DNA of 64,000 bases from Chloroflexota bacterium (GTDB lineage: Bacteria > Chloroflexota > Anaerolineae > Anaerolineales > UBA11579): NCBI GenBank assembly GCA_016191875.1, contig JACPVG010000013.1:25715-89714 (forward strand), read 5' to 3'. The position numbers and the translations under genes were made by a program. Every line of letters starts with the position of its first letter. Position 1 is the first letter of the stretch. Positions 62,340-64,000 of this stretch are shown piece after piece. Below the pieces are notes generated by a model. It was not told where the DNA came from. It saw only the letters and a list, made by a program, of their open reading frames with translations, and did no database searches.

Positions 62340-62437
62340 GGCATCACCTCAAATGAAGCAGGGGCGCAGCGGAGTTTCGAAACAACTCTTTGCGCTCCTA
62401 CGAATGCACAGAAGAGGGTCCGATCCTGCGACCGACC

Positions 62438-64000
62438 TCATTCGGCCTTTGTGGTTTCCACCAATTCCCACAGTCGCTTCGGACTGAGGGGAATCTGGGT
62501 GATCTCCAGTTCAATGCCGCCTGCCCGCAGGGCGTCTTCGACGGCCTGCACGAACAGCGGGGCGGCCGGGATGGCCCCGGCTTCGCCAGCGCCTTTGACG
62601 CCCATTTCGTTCAACGGCGAGGGGGTTTCGTGATGGCCGACCTCGATGCGCGGCACGTCCAGGGCGGTCGGCAGCAGGTAATCCATGAACGAGCCGTTCA
62701 GCAACTGGCCCTGTTCGTCGAAGACCAGTTCTTCGTAAAAAGCGTTGCCCAGGCCCTGGGCCACGCCGCCATGCACCTGGCCGTCGAGGATGAGCGGGTT
62801 GATGACTTTGCCGCAGTCGTGCACGACCACGTAGCGTTTGACTTCGATCATCATTGTGTCCGGGTCGATCTCCAGGATCATGGCATGCGCCCCGGCAGCG
62901 GTGGCGCCCATCGGCGGGCCGAAGTAGTCGGTGGCTTCGAGGCCCGGCTCACTGCCCGGTTTGACCGCGCCGCGCAGCGGGTTGGCCTTGTTCGCCAGGT
63001 CGCCCAACAGCATCGTCTTCTGCGGGTCGCCAATGACGCACACGCGCCCGTTGCCGATCTCGAGTTCTTCGGGCGGCACGTTGAATTCCTCGCTGGCAAG
63101 GTCGAGGATGCGCTGGCGCACGCGTTTGGAGGCGGCGTGGATGGCGTTGCCGGCGACGACCGCGCCGCGGCTGGCGAAGGTGCCGACGCCCCAGTGGAAC
63201 TGGTCGGTGTCGCCGGTGATGACGTCGATCTCATCCGGCGGGATGCCGACCTGATCGGCGACGACCTGGGCAAAAGAGGTGAAGTGGCCCTGGCCCTGCG
63301 TGCCAACGCCGGTGGCGACGCTGACGCGGCCGTTGGCTTGAATCTGGACGCGGGCGCCTTCGTAAGGACCGATGCCGGTGCCTTCGACATAGCACACCAG
63401 CCCGAGGCCGAGCAGTTTGCCTTCCTTTTCGGCCTGCGGCTTGAGCGTTTTGTAGAACTCATCGTAGCCGATCATTTCCTTGGCCTTGGCGAGAATCGGC
63501 TCGTAGTCGCCGCTGTCGTAGGTCAGTTCGGTGAAGTCCTGGTAGATGATCTTGTGGTTGTGGGGAAACTGGTCCGGGGTCAGGAAGTTGCGGCGGCGGA
63601 TTTCGGTTTTGTCCAGCCCCAATTCTTTGGCGGCGGCATCCAGCAGGCGCTCCATGACGAATACGCCGTGCTGGCGGCCCGCGCCGCGGTAGGGCGTTAC
63701 GATGGGTTTGTTGGTGAAGACAGCTTTGAACTCGGTGGCGTAGTTGGGGACATCGTACATGCCGAGCAGGGTGCACTGGGTGTTGATGGGCACCGTGAGG
63801 CCGTAGGGGTCGTAAGCGCCGCTGTCATGCCAGAAGACATCCCGCACACCGAGGATTTTGCCCTCTTTGCTGAGGGCGATTTCGCTTTCATGCCACTGGC
63901 CGCGCTCCTGGGTGGTGGTGTAGAAGTTCTCGGAGCGGTCTTCGATCCACTTGACCGGGCGGTTGAGTTTCATCGCCAGCCAGGGGATGAGCATTTCTTC
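62438..64000 (-). CDS. Molybdopterin-binding large subunit of the xanthine dehydrogenase/aldehyde oxidase/CoxL family (N-terminus off-window, partial)
   Basis: The frame stays open past the listed Met at 63994 (upstream codons GAA GAA). Motifs: RPVKWIEDRSE, GAGRQHG, YVEGTG and GEAGAIPAAP. Confidence 0.85.
   Translation of the reverse strand, partial: EEMLIPWLAMKLNRPVKWIEDRSENFYTTTQERGQWHESEIALSKEGKILGVRDVFWHDSGAYDPYGLTVPINTQCTLLGMYDVPNYATEFKAVFTNKPIVTPYRGAGRQHGVFVMERLLDAAAKELGLDKTEIRRRNFLTPDQFPHNHKIIYQDFTELTYDSGDYEPILAKAKEMIGYDEFYKTLKPQAEKEGKLLGLGLVCYVEGTGIGPYEGARVQIQANGRVSVATGVGTQGQGHFTSFAQVVADQVGIPPDEIDVITGDTDQFHWGVGTFASRGAVVAGNAIHAASKRVRQRILDLASEEFNVPPEELEIGNGRVCVIGDPQKTMLLGDLANKANPLRGAVKPGSEPGLEATDYFGPPMGATAAGAHAMILEIDPDTMMIEVKRYVVVHDCGKVINPLILDGQVHGGVAQGLGNAFYEELVFDEQGQLLNGSFMDYLLPTALDVPRIEVGHHETPSPLNEMGVKGAGEAGAIPAAPLFVQAVEDALRAGGIELEITQIPLSPKRLWELVETTKAE

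Overview
High-GC (about 65% by eye) bacterial chromosomal window. It is densely coded on both strands, mostly with housekeeping and metabolic genes, and its gene content and repeat types suggest Chloroflexota (inference only).

Main content, left to right:
- An AT-richer accessory islet (1-4560). It holds a truncated single-chain type IIG/ISP-like restriction-modification enzyme, a HepT/MntA toxin-antitoxin pair and about 1.1 kb of repeat-filled non-coding DNA.
- Isoprenoid genes (polyprenyl synthase, type-2 IPP isomerase) and an orphan acpP.
- A minus-strand operon: hotdog thioesterase, ChlI-like AAA+ ATPase, RsmD and a cNMP-binding histidine kinase.
- A TIR-domain protein with a multi-pass membrane C-terminus plus a small neighbour.
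- recF, def, a cNMP/bPH membrane protein and a phosphohexomutase.
- A frameshifted chrA.
- selD with an in-frame UGA (selenocysteine) that the ORF track misses.
- An FMN riboswitch driving a RibXY-type ABC transporter.
- A complete System I cytochrome c maturation cluster (ccmEFH, tlpA-like, ccmABCD). It has a Cys-type (CxxxY) CcmE, an embedded diheme cytochrome c lipoprotein and zinc-ribbon membrane proteins.
- An AI-2E transporter followed by an unusual fusion protein: pseudo-receiver, Roadblock-like domain and a catalytically dead IS200-type TnpA domain.
- An NPCBM/heparinase-like lipoprotein, tRNA-Asp, relA/spoT, moeA, VKOR and tRNA-Met(CAT).
- glpD, an ADP-forming acetyl-CoA synthetase and focA.
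- A dtxR-feoB-feoA operon, an amidohydrolase and a truncated molybdo-hydroxylase large subunit.

No rRNA, CRISPR array or intact mobile element was seen.

The best candidates for something undescribed are:
- the TIR-multiTM gene pair (10703-12235);
- the REC/Roadblock/dead-HUH-transposase fusion (40993-42600);
- the RM/TA/repeat islet at the left edge.

Two window-wide sequence habits stand out. Intergenic spacers carry degenerate 7-nt (once 8-nt) tandem repeats. TATAAT/TAGAAT boxes repeatedly sit exactly 6 nt from start codons, implying leaderless mRNAs. The many long ORFs antisense to real genes are high-GC shadow ORFs and are not called.
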